Position numbers and translations under genes: made by a program
Source of the DNA: an uncultured Solirubrobacterales bacterium
Lineage (GTDB): Bacteria; Actinomycetota; Thermoleophilia; Solirubrobacterales; Solirubrobacteraceae
Assembly: GCA_963699325.1 (NCBI GenBank)
Contig: CAVOTN010000003.1
Coordinates: 154,600-218,599 of the forward strand
DNA: 64,000 nt
Reading direction: 5' to 3'
In this document: positions 55,648-64,000 of the stretch, piece after piece
Layout of the letters: each line of letters starts with the position of its first letter
How positions within the stretch are numbered: position 1 is the stretch's first letter
The notes under the pieces: model-generated
Seen by the model: only the letters and a program-made list of their open reading frames with translations
The model's database searches: none
Told to the model about the DNA's origin: nothing

Positions 55648-56370
55648 GTGCCAGACCGCGCCGCGATCGTCACCGGGGCCTCCCGCGGAATCGGACTCGC
55701 CCTCGCCCAGACGCTCGGCGAGGAGGGCTACGGCCTGACGATCACCGCGCGCAACCCGGACACGCTCGAGCGCACGGCGGGCGAGCTGCAGGAGCGCGGG
55801 TTCGAGGTCGAGCACGTCGCGGCGAACCTGAGGGAGGAGGAGTCGATCCGCGAGGTCGTGCGCCGCCATCGCGAGCGCTACGGCCGTCTCGACGTGCTCG
55901 TCAACAACGCCGGCGTCGGCGTCGGCGCCCCGGCGAACGAGCACCAGACCAAGTACGTGGACCTCCAACTCGACGTCAACGTCCGCGCGATCGTCCTGTT
56001 CTACCGCGAGTGCGCGGAGCTGCTGCGGGCCGCCGGCGCGGAGCACCGCAACGCGCTCGTGGTCAACATGGCGTCGATCGCGGGAAAGTCACCGGACCGC
56101 TGGTTGTCGGTGTATTCGGCTACGAAGGCAGCCGTCGCCGCCTACTCGCTGGCGATGAACAAGGCGCTCGCCAGGGACGGCGTGAAGTCGGTGGCGTTCG
56201 CGCCCGGCTTCGTGGACACCGACATGACCGACTACGTCAAGGGCAAGGTCCCGGCCGAGGAGATGCTCCGCCCGAGCGACATCGCGGAGGGGTTGCGCTT
56301 CCTGCTCCGCGTCTCGCCGATGTGCATCGTGCCCGAGATCGTGTTCCAGCGCCCGCAAGAGTTCGTCTAG
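55648..56370 (+). CDS. SDR family oxidoreductase
   Basis: TGASRGIG, NNAG, YSATK, PGFVDT. Confidence 0.94.
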   Translation: MPDRAAIVTGASRGIGLALAQTLGEEGYGLTITARNPDTLERTAGELQERGFEVEHVAANLREEESIREVVRRHRERYGRLDVLVNNAGVGVGAPANEHQTKYVDLQLDVNVRAIVLFYRECAELLRAAGAEHRNALVVNMASIAGKSPDRWLSVYSATKAAVAAYSLAMNKALARDGVKSVAFAPGFVDTDMTDYVKGKVPAEEMLRPSDIAEGLRFLLRVSPMCIVPEIVFQRPQEFV

Positions 56371-56448
56371 ACCGATCGCGGGCGCTCGCAGCGGACGAGC
56401 GGCGTACCGGCTCGGCTCCCGGTCCGCCGGGGTATCGTGGGCCGCGCG

Positions 56449-57307
56449 ATGTCCACTGATCTGTCAGGTCGCCGGGTACTGATCACGGGTGCGGCCCGCG
56501 GGATCGGGGCCGCCACCGCCAAGCGACTGCATGAGCGCGGCGCTCGAGTGGTGCTCGCCGGGATCGAGCCCGACTTGCTGGCGCGGACCGCGGCGCAGTG
56601 CGGCGACGCGCTGGCCGTGGTGTGCGACGTTCGCGACCGCGACCAGGTCGAGGCGGCCGTTGAAGCCGCCGCGGAGCGCCTGCGCGGGCTCGACGTCGTG
56701 GTCGCCAACGCCGGCGTGGCCGCGCAGCTCCCGGTGATCGGCGGCGACCCCGAGGTGTTCGAGCGGACGATCGACGTCAACCTGGTCGGGGTCTACTACA
56801 CGCTCCGCGCGGCCGGACCGCACATCGCCCACGAACGCGGGTATGCCCTGGCGATCGCGTCGCTCGCAGCTGCGGTGCATCCGCCGCTGCTCGGCGCCTA
56901 CTCCGCCTCCAAGGCCGGCGTCGAGGCGCTCGCCGACTCGCTCCGAATCGAGCTCGCGCCGAGTGGGGCGCGGGTCGGCGTCGCCTACTTCGCCGAGCTC
57001 GACACGGACATGGTCCGCCAGGGCTTCAACACCGCCGCGGCCAAGACGGATTGCCGAGATCCGCCGGCCCGTCCGTCGCGTGACGCCGCTCGAGGCCGGG
57101 ATCGACGCGATCGAGCGCGGGATCGCCCGGCGATCGCGTCGCGTGGTGGCGCCGCGGTGGGTAGCGGCGGCGCTGCCCATGCGAATGCTGGTCCAGCGCG
57201 CCGTCGAGCTGGCGACGCGATCCTCGATCGAAAGCGTGCTCGAGATTGCGCGCGCCGAGGATGCAGAGCTGACGACGCCCCAGCCGGGCGCGCACTCGCG
57301 CTCCTAG
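56449..57307 (+). CDS. SDR family oxidoreductase; +1 frameshift at ~57046
   Basis: TGAARGIG, ANAG, YSASK; C-terminus continues in ORF ending 57307. Confidence 0.88.
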
Positions 57308-57390
57308 CAAACTCTTACGCGCCTCCTACCGCGGTCCGACGCCGGGCGAGCAACGTCCGCCGCGGTCCACATGAAAGGAGGTGATCAGAC

Positions 57391-57618
57391 ATGCGAAGAC
57401 TCAAGCCGCTGCTGGTGACAATCGCCGCGACGTCGGCGATTGCCGGCGGCGGCGCGGCGATCGCGAGCGCGGCCACGTCGACGGGTTCGACGACGGCCGG
57501 CTCGACCACGACCAGTACCGCGCCGGCGCGGAGCACCCCCACGGCCCCCGCGCCGGGCAGCCATGCCCCGCCGGCCCGCTCCGGCGCCAGCGGCTCGCAC
57601 AACTGCCCCAACATGTGA
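57391..57618 (+). CDS. Small secreted Ser/Thr/Pro-rich protein ending HNCPNM
   Basis: Strong SD gaaaggaggtga; N-terminal signal peptide; low-complexity body. Confidence 0.75.
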   Translation: MRRLKPLLVTIAATSAIAGGGAAIASAATSTGSTTAGSTTTSTAPARSTPTAPAPGSHAPPARSGASGSHNCPNM

Positions 57619-57747
57619 GTCGCGGCGGCTGACGGCTGCATACCCCCGCGGCGTCACACGGCACGACCCGGCCGGGTCCACCGGTCGGGTCGTCCGCCGG
57701 TCCCGGGCCTGGATCGCTCCAGGATCGCGGCTCCCTACAGTAGAGGT

Positions 57748-59544
57748 ATGGCCTCGATCGGAAACGGGCGGCGCGCGACAACCACGCGATTCGCCCGACC
57801 GGATCCTCGAGGCAAGAATTACAAGTGGATCGCGCTGTCGAACTGCACGCTCGGCGTGCTGCTGGCCACGCTCGACGCGTCGATCACGCTGATCGCGATG
57901 CCGGCCATTTTCCGCGGCCTCCACCTCGATCCGCTGGTGCCGGCGAACAGCTTCTACCTGCTGTGGATGATCTTCGGCTTCCTGATCGTGACGAGCGTGC
58001 TGATCGTCAGCCTCGGGCGGCTCGGCGACATATATGGGCGGGTGCGGATCTACAACCTCGGGTTCGTGATCTACACGGCGGCCTCGCTGGTCCTGACCGT
58101 CGACTGGCTCAGCGGCAGGTCGGGAGCGACCTACCTGATCGTGTTCCGGATCGTCCAGGGCGTGGGCGCGGCCTGTTTGCTCGCGAACTCCGCGGCGATC
58201 ATCACCGACGCGTTCCCGGCCAACAAGCGCGGGATGGCGCTCGGCATCAACAACATCGTCGGTGTGAGCGGCATGTTCGTGGGTCTCGTGCTCGGCGGCA
58301 TCCTCGCCCCGATCAACTGGCGCCTCGTGTTCCTGATCTCCGTGCCCGTCGGGCTGTTCGGGACGGTGTGGGCCTACCTGAAGCTCCAGGAGATCTCGAC
58401 GCCGAAGCACGCCCGGATCGACTGGGGCGGCAACGTCACGTTCGCGGTCGGGCTCGTCCTGATCATGATCGCGGTCACGTACGGCATCCGTCCGTACGGC
58501 GATTCGGCGACCGGTTGGGGAAGCCCGCGCGTGCTGATCCTGCTCGCATCGGGCATCCTGTCCCTGGTCGCGTTCGTGGCGATCGAGCGACGGGTCACCG
58601 ATCCGATGTTCCGGCTGCCGCTGTTCAAGATCCGCGCGTTCACGTTCGGGACGCTGTCGACGTTCTTGTCGGCGGTGGCGCGCGGCGGGCTGATGTTCAT
58701 GCTGATCATCTGGCTCCAGGGCATCTGGCTGCCCCTGCACGGCTACGACTTCACCAAGACGCCGCTGTACGCGGGGATCTACATGCTCCCGCTGACGTGC
58801 GGAATGCTGATCGCCGGCCCGACGTCCGGGTACCTGTCCGACCGCTTCGGCGCGAGGCCGTTCGCAACCGGCGGGATGATCGGAGCCGCGTTCAGCTTCG
58901 TGCTGCTCGCGCTGCTCCCGATCGATTTCGCCTTCCCCGTGTTCGCCGTCGTCCTGTTCCTCAACGGCGTCTCGATGGGGATGTTCGCCTCGCCCAACCG
59001 CGCCGGTGTGATGAACAGCCTGCCGCCGGGCGACCGTGGCGCCGGCGGCGGCATGAACCAGACGTTCCAGAACTCAGCCCAGGTCCTGTCGGTCGGCATC
59101 TTCTTCACGCTGATGATCCTCGGGCTGGCGGCGACGCTGCCGCATACCATGGCGAGCGGGCTCGAAGCCCATGGCGTCTCGGCGCAGGCGGCTCAGCACG
59201 CCGCGAACCTGCCCCCGGTTTCGATCCTGTTTGCGGCGTTCCTCGGCTACAACCCGATACAGCATCTGCTCGGTGGCTCCGCGCTGAGTCATCTTTCGGC
59301 GCATACGCAGGCGTTGCTCACCGGCCGCTCGTTCTTCCCGCAGCTGATCTCCGAGCCGTTCCGGCACGGACTCCACGAGGCGTTCGCGTTCGCGATCGTC
59401 GCCTGCCTGATCGCCGCGGTCGCGTCGTGGTCGCGGGGTCAGCGTTACGTCGACGGCGACTTGGCAGTCGGAGTGCCGGTCTCAGGCAACGGGGCCGGCA
59501 CCCCGCCGACCCCGGCGCAGGAGCACGCGACGAGTTCGAGGTAG
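57748..59544 (+). CDS. DHA2-type MFS transporter
   Basis: LATLDASI, LGDIYGR, NSAAIITDAFP, WRLVFLISVPVG; TACAGT 6 nt before ATG. Confidence 0.94.
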   Translation: MASIGNGRRATTTRFARPDPRGKNYKWIALSNCTLGVLLATLDASITLIAMPAIFRGLHLDPLVPANSFYLLWMIFGFLIVTSVLIVSLGRLGDIYGRVRIYNLGFVIYTAASLVLTVDWLSGRSGATYLIVFRIVQGVGAACLLANSAAIITDAFPANKRGMALGINNIVGVSGMFVGLVLGGILAPINWRLVFLISVPVGLFGTVWAYLKLQEISTPKHARIDWGGNVTFAVGLVLIMIAVTYGIRPYGDSATGWGSPRVLILLASGILSLVAFVAIERRVTDPMFRLPLFKIRAFTFGTLSTFLSAVARGGLMFMLIIWLQGIWLPLHGYDFTKTPLYAGIYMLPLTCGMLIAGPTSGYLSDRFGARPFATGGMIGAAFSFVLLALLPIDFAFPVFAVVLFLNGVSMGMFASPNRAGVMNSLPPGDRGAGGGMNQTFQNSAQVLSVGIFFTLMILGLAATLPHTMASGLEAHGVSAQAAQHAANLPPVSILFAAFLGYNPIQHLLGGSALSHLSAHTQALLTGRSFFPQLISEPFRHGLHEAFAFAIVACLIAAVASWSRGQRYVDGDLAVGVPVSGNGAGTPPTPAQEHATSSR

Positions 59545-59580
59545 ACCGGGTCGCCCGCCAGCCATTAGGATCGGGCGGCT

Positions 59581-60813
59581 GTGACATCGACACGCAGCGA
59601 CCTGGACGATGTGCTGGTCACCGAGCTCGAGCGCTGGCGCGACGGGCCGCCCCACGAGCTGTTCCGCCGGCTGCGCACCGAGTGCCCGGTGCATTGGTCG
59701 GATGCGGTCCCGGACATCCCGGGCGAAGCCGGCCACTGGTCGGTGACGCGCCCGGAGGACATCCACACGGTCAGCCGCGATTGGCAGACGTACTCATCCG
59801 AGCTCGGGGGGATCACGGCGACCGGCGTGTTCCCGCTCAGGCTGATCCGCTCGATGTTCATCGGCATGGACCCGCCGCGGCACGACCGCCTGAAGATGCT
59901 GTTCCAGGCAGGCTTCACTCCGAAGCGGATCGCCGCCCACGAGCCGGCAATCAGGGCGATCGTGGTCGAGGTGCTCGACCGCCTCGCGGGTCGCTCGGAG
60001 TGCGATCTCGTTACCGAGGTCGCGCAGCCCGTGGTGTCGCGGGTGATCGGGAGCTTCATGGGCATCCCGCCCGAGGACGACGCAGTCTGGGCGGCGCTGA
60101 TGAACGCGACGCTCGCGGTCGCCGATCCGGACCTGAGCCCGCAGGGCACCGAGGGGCTGCTCGATCGCAACATCCCTGAGATCTTCGAGCGGTGCCGGCG
60201 GATGATCGCCGACCGTCGCCAGCGGCCGACCGACGACCTGACGAGCCTGCTCGTGCACGCCGAGGTCGAAGGGCAGAAGCTCGAGGAGCAGGAGATCGTG
60301 ATGGGGGTGTTCCTCATGATGGCCGCCGGCAACGACAGCACCAAGGCGACGTATTGCAGCGGGATGCGCGCGCTGCTCGAGCAGCCCGACCAGCGCCGGC
60401 TACTGCTCGAGGACGCGTCGCTGATCCCGAGCGCGGTCGAGGAGTCGCTGCGCATGTTCCCGGCGTTCGCGCATTTCCGGCGGACCGCGACCCGCGACAC
60501 CCATCTCGGAGCACAGACGATTCGTGAAGGGGACAAGGTCGTCATGTGGTACGTGTCGTCCGGCCGCGACGCGTCCCGGTACGAGGATCCCGACCGGTTC
60601 GACGTGCGCCGCAACCCCGAGCATCAGGCGTTCGGCGCCGGCGGTCGCCACTTCTGCCTCGGGACCGCGCTGGCGCGTCTCGAGCTGCGCGTCCTGTTCG
60701 AGGAGACGCTCGCGCGCTATCCGGACATGGCGCTTGCCGGCGAGCCGACGTGGGTGCTGTCGACGTTCGTCAACCAGCTCAAGACGCTGCCGGTCAGGCT
60801 CGCGCAGGCGTAA
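59581..60813 (+). CDS. Cytochrome P450
   Basis: MDPPRH, AGNDST I-helix, EESLR, FGAGGRHFCLG. Confidence 0.96.
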   Translation: MTSTRSDLDDVLVTELERWRDGPPHELFRRLRTECPVHWSDAVPDIPGEAGHWSVTRPEDIHTVSRDWQTYSSELGGITATGVFPLRLIRSMFIGMDPPRHDRLKMLFQAGFTPKRIAAHEPAIRAIVVEVLDRLAGRSECDLVTEVAQPVVSRVIGSFMGIPPEDDAVWAALMNATLAVADPDLSPQGTEGLLDRNIPEIFERCRRMIADRRQRPTDDLTSLLVHAEVEGQKLEEQEIVMGVFLMMAAGNDSTKATYCSGMRALLEQPDQRRLLLEDASLIPSAVEESLRMFPAFAHFRRTATRDTHLGAQTIREGDKVVMWYVSSGRDASRYEDPDRFDVRRNPEHQAFGAGGRHFCLGTALARLELRVLFEETLARYPDMALAGEPTWVLSTFVNQLKTLPVRLAQA

Positions 60814-60874
60814 TCAGCGGGCTCGGAGCAGGCCCGTCTTGTGCGCGGTGCGTGGTGGCATAACACCCGCTCCT

Positions 60875-60900
60875 GTTCAAATATGGCCCGACGCGGGTAT
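60875..60900 (+). promoter_or_regulatory. SigB-like promoter
   Basis: GTTCAA-N14-GGGTAT upstream of SD gaggagg and ATG 60953. Confidence 0.5.
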
Positions 60901-60952
60901 AAAGGCCTCTGGCAACGTTCGCAAATAGCGGAATTCCGAGGAGGCACAGGCA

Positions 60953-61183
60953 ATGAAGCTCAACCCGTTCCGTCGGCGCGCCGCTCCCGCTCCCGTTCAC
61001 GCTCCCGCGCCGGAGCGCCAACAAGCAGCCGTTCGAAGCCCCGGCGCCCGTTTGGTCCGCGCGCGAGACCCCGTCGCGGATGTACTCCTTGATGCTGCCG
61101 TCGTTCACCGACCGCAGGTAGCGCTCAGCGCGCGGCGCGTCGCAGCGACAGCCCCAGCAGCGCCAGCGCCGCGAGCGGCATGA
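60953..61183 (+). CDS. Small hypothetical protein (76 aa)
   Basis: SD and promoter support the start; 3' end overlaps a convergent gene and is uncertain. Confidence 0.45.
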   Translation: MKLNPFRRRAAPAPVHAPAPERQQAAVRSPGARLVRARDPVADVLLDAAVVHRPQVALSARRVAATAPAAPAPRAA

Positions 61184-61319
61184 CCCACCACGCCGGCGCG
61201 CCGGCGCCGGCGATCAGCGCGGTCGCCCCGAGCGCCACCACGACGCCGAAGGCGGTGAACGGGTCGTCGCCGACGACGAACTCCCATACCGCGCTCGCGG
61301 CGCGCACGAGCCAGTTCAT
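61125..61319 (-). CDS. Small two-TM membrane protein (64 aa)
   Basis: MNWLVRAASAVWEFVVGDDPFTAFGVV...; ATGA overlap with upstream membrane gene. Confidence 0.75.
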   Translation of the reverse strand: MNWLVRAASAVWEFVVGDDPFTAFGVVVALGATALIAGAGAPAWWVMPLAALALLGLSLRRAAR

Positions 61320-62068
61320 GCCGGCTCTCCCAATGCCCGGTGCGCGGGCGCGCGCCGCAGCCATCTGACCATCGCCAGCGACGCGAGCGCAACCCCCGGG
61401 ACGATCACGAGCAGCGCGGCGTCTCCGCCCGGCCACGACGCGCCGGCGCCCTCGGCGCCCCAGAAGACGCCGAACGACGTGAGCATCACGCCGACGAAGA
61501 ACTTCATCGTGTTCTCGGGCACGCGGGCGAGCGGGGCGCGGACGAGCACGCCGGCGAGCACGACCACCGCTATCGCGACCCCCGCCGCTGCTGCCGCGAG
61601 CCCGACGTTGTGCTGGCTGGCGCCGAAGGTGAGCACGATGAACGCGACCTCGAGCCCCTCGAGCAGCACGCCCTTGAACGCGATCGTGAACGAGTAGCCG
61701 TCGAAACCTGATCCTGCGCGTGCCGCGGTCCGGGCGGCTTCGGTCTCGGAGGCGAACTCGCTGTCCTCGTCGCGGAGTGCCTTGAGTCCGGCGTAGCGCA
61801 GGACGGCCTTGCGAAGCCATTGCAGGCCGAACACGAGCAGCAAGCCTCCGACCACGACGCGCAGCACACCGATCGGAAGCGCGGTGAGCGCCGGCCCGAG
61901 CGCGGCGACGATCACCGCGAGTACCAGGGCCCCGACGCCGACGCCGATCAGCGGCGAGCGCCAGCCGCGAGTGACGCCGACCGCGAGCACGATCGTGAGC
62001 GCCTCGACGGCCTCGACCGCGCACGCGAGGAACACAGATACGGCAAGCCCCAGTTCCTGTCCGGACAC
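61316..62068 (-). CDS. COG4280-like membrane protein (FTR1/LysE-superfamily-like, duplicated ExxE motif)
   Basis: ACAVEAVEALTIV and VLLEGLEVAFIV; PENTMKF.VGVMLTSFG.FW; CATACT 7 nt before GTG. Confidence 0.82.
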   Translation of the reverse strand: MSGQELGLAVSVFLACAVEAVEALTIVLAVGVTRGWRSPLIGVGVGALVLAVIVAALGPALTALPIGVLRVVVGGLLLVFGLQWLRKAVLRYAGLKALRDEDSEFASETEAARTAARAGSGFDGYSFTIAFKGVLLEGLEVAFIVLTFGASQHNVGLAAAAAGVAIAVVVLAGVLVRAPLARVPENTMKFFVGVMLTSFGVFWGAEGAGASWPGGDAALLVIVPGVALASLAMVRWLRRAPAHRALGEPA

Positions 62069-62153
62069 GCCTCGGAGTATGGCCCGTCTCAGGCGTCTAA
62101 GACCGGGCTCATGCGCGGACGAACAGGGATGGAGCGTCGGAGGCCCGGGAGGG

Positions 62154-62913
62154 TCAGGCGTCGGAGACCGGGGTCAGCTCGACCCCGAAATGATCGCGGA
62201 GGCCGTCGAACCCGTCGTCACTGACGTGGATCGCGCGGCTGCGCGCGGCCTTGCGCACCCAGCCGAGCTCGATCATCCGCGTTGCCATCGCCGCCCCCAG
62301 CGAGCCGGCCAGATGATGGCGCTGCTCGCTCCAGTCCACGCAGTAGCGGATCAGCGGCCGGCGCGAGGGCAGCGAGTCGAAGTCGATGCCGAATGCCTTG
62401 AGCTCGCGCAGCCCGCTCGGCGTGAGCCGGTAGTCGAGGTCGGTGCCGGGAGCCGACAGCCGGTCCTCGCGTGCGGCATCGGGGTCGAACACCCCGTCAC
62501 CGCCGGTCAGCAACTCGCGCTCGATCATCGCCTCCATCAACTGCGTGCCGAGCATTCCCGCGAGGTGGTCGTAGCACGTGCGCGCGAAGCGGACCGCCTG
62601 GGCCTTGCTTCCCTGCTTGAGTGAGCGCACCGGCGCCGGGGGTGAGACCCGGGCGAGCGCCTCGATCAACTCGCCGACCTCGGGCCGCGGCGATCCGGAA
62701 GTAGCGGTGCCGGCCGTGTCGTTCGACCCTCAGCATCCCGCCCTTGACCAGCTTGCCGAGATGGGTGCTGGCGGTGGAGGCGGCGACGCCGGCCTCGTCG
62801 GCGAGCACGCTCGCCGGCAGTGCGCGACCGTCGCCGAGCGCCAGCAGGATCCTCGCGCGCCCAGGGTCGGCCACCAACGCGCCGATGCTGGCAATGTCGG
62901 CGTCGCCTTTCAC
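62154..62913 (-). CDS. ArsR/SmtB winged-helix regulator with C-terminal extension; +1 frameshift near 62690
   Basis: ADPGRARIL, ASTASTHL..L, GRHRYFRI; ARTCYDHLAG, CVDWSEQRHHLAG. Confidence 0.88.
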
Positions 62914-63079
62914 GACACACACGGTAGCGCGGCGACATTTCGTTCCTGGTCGAAACGTTCGATCTCGGACTGTGTGCGCGGCGTGGCGGACGCACTTTGG
63001 ACCGCTGTCATCATGGATGTAGATGAGCTCTGGAAATCACGGTTTTGCGGCCTCTCACGGCGCCGGCGGCTCGGGCGCG

Positions 63080-64000
63080 ATGCGCTCGCTGCGCGGTAGT
63101 TCGCGCAAGCCGCCGCCGCTGATGGATCCCACGCGCGAGCGCGACACCGCGCGCATCCTGGCGCTGTTCAGGCCCTACCGCCTCCGGCTCACGGCCGTGC
63201 TGGTGCTGATCATCGTGTCGGCCGGCATCGCGATCCTCCAGCCGTTCCTGCTCAGGCAGGCGCTCGACGTCGGCATCCTCCAGCACGACGAGACGGTTCT
63301 GACCTTGACCGTGCTCGCGATGATCGCGATCTCGATCTTCACCAACGCCACGAGCGTGTGGCAGACGTACATGTCGAACGTCGTCGGCCAGCGCGTGATG
63401 CACGACCTCCGCGCCGCGGTCTACCAGCACCTCCAGAAGATGTCGCTGGCGTTTTTCACCCGCACCCGCACGGGCGAGGTGCAGTCGCGGATCGCGAACG
63501 ACATCGGCGGGCTCGACAGCGTCGTCACCACGACCGCGACCACGATCGCGCAGAACGCGACCACCGTGATCGCCTCCCTCGTCGCCATGTGCCTGCTCGA
63601 CTGGCGCCTGGCGATCATCTCGCTCGTGTTCGTGCCGCCGTCGGTGTATATGACGCGGCGCGTCGGCCAGATCCGCCGCAGGATCACGACCGAGCAGCAA
63701 CGCCGCCTGGCCGACATGTCGGCACTGGTCGCCGAGTCGCTGTCGGTGTCGGGGATCATGCTCGGCAAGACCATGGGGCGCGGCGGGGACCTCGCCGGTC
63801 GTTTCACCGGCGAGTCGGAGGGCATCGCCGACCTCGAGGTCCGCTCGCGCATGGCCGGGCGCTGGATGATGGCCACGATCCAGTTCACGTTCGCCGTCCA
63901 GCCGGCGATCATCTACTGGCTCGCCGGCCAGACGTTCATCGGCAAATCGATCTCGATCGGGACCGTCGTCGCGTTCACGACGCTCCAGACACGGCTGCTG
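63080..64000 (+). CDS. ABC transporter permease/ATP-binding protein, transmembrane domain (3'-truncated by window)
   Basis: Frame open from ATG 63080 to window end; DLRAAVYQHLQKMSLAFFTRTRTGEVQSRIAND, ESLSVSG. Confidence 0.92.
   Translation, partial: MRSLRGSSRKPPPLMDPTRERDTARILALFRPYRLRLTAVLVLIIVSAGIAILQPFLLRQALDVGILQHDETVLTLTVLAMIAISIFTNATSVWQTYMSNVVGQRVMHDLRAAVYQHLQKMSLAFFTRTRTGEVQSRIANDIGGLDSVVTTTATTIAQNATTVIASLVAMCLLDWRLAIISLVFVPPSVYMTRRVGQIRRRITTEQQRRLADMSALVAESLSVSGIMLGKTMGRGGDLAGRFTGESEGIADLEVRSRMAGRWMMATIQFTFAVQPAIIYWLAGQTFIGKSISIGTVVAFTTLQTRLL

Noticed and set aside
1-64000. Many long antisense or alternate-frame ORFs in the track (e.g. 2642-4297, 2682-4364, 28920-30392, 32175-33653, 57825-60179)
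   Set aside because: Arg/Pro/Ala-rich shadows of real high-GC genes with no family motifs

Overview
A very GC-rich, gene-dense chromosomal window, most likely from an actinomycete of the Thermoleophilia/Solirubrobacterales type (inferred from gene content and protein style). About 72 coding regions are supported. I found no rRNA, tRNA, CRISPR array, integrase or transposase. Eight otherwise intact genes carry 10 single-base frameshifts, mostly +1, which look like long-read consensus errors rather than pseudogenes. Main modules: (1) HutF plus an M20 amidohydrolase; (2) a STAS + MEDS/anti-sigma module with several SigB/SigF-like promoters; (3) a translationally coupled fabH-fabF-carboxyltransferase-acyl reductase operon with no ACP, followed by a Cys4 microprotein, a soluble GAF histidine kinase and a NarL-type regulator; (4) two paralogous cNMP-CBS-DUF294 nucleotidyltransferases, one apparently catalytically dead and coupled to a DEDD exonuclease, the other intact and inside (5) a gmaS/mgsABC N-methylglutamate (methylamine) cluster with an APC permease, a USP and a GAF-PucR regulator. 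Other signals: three candidate CTG start codons in signalling genes, a 35-bp duplication that creates a coupled mini-ORF before the response regulator, and a ~260-bp nested palindrome.
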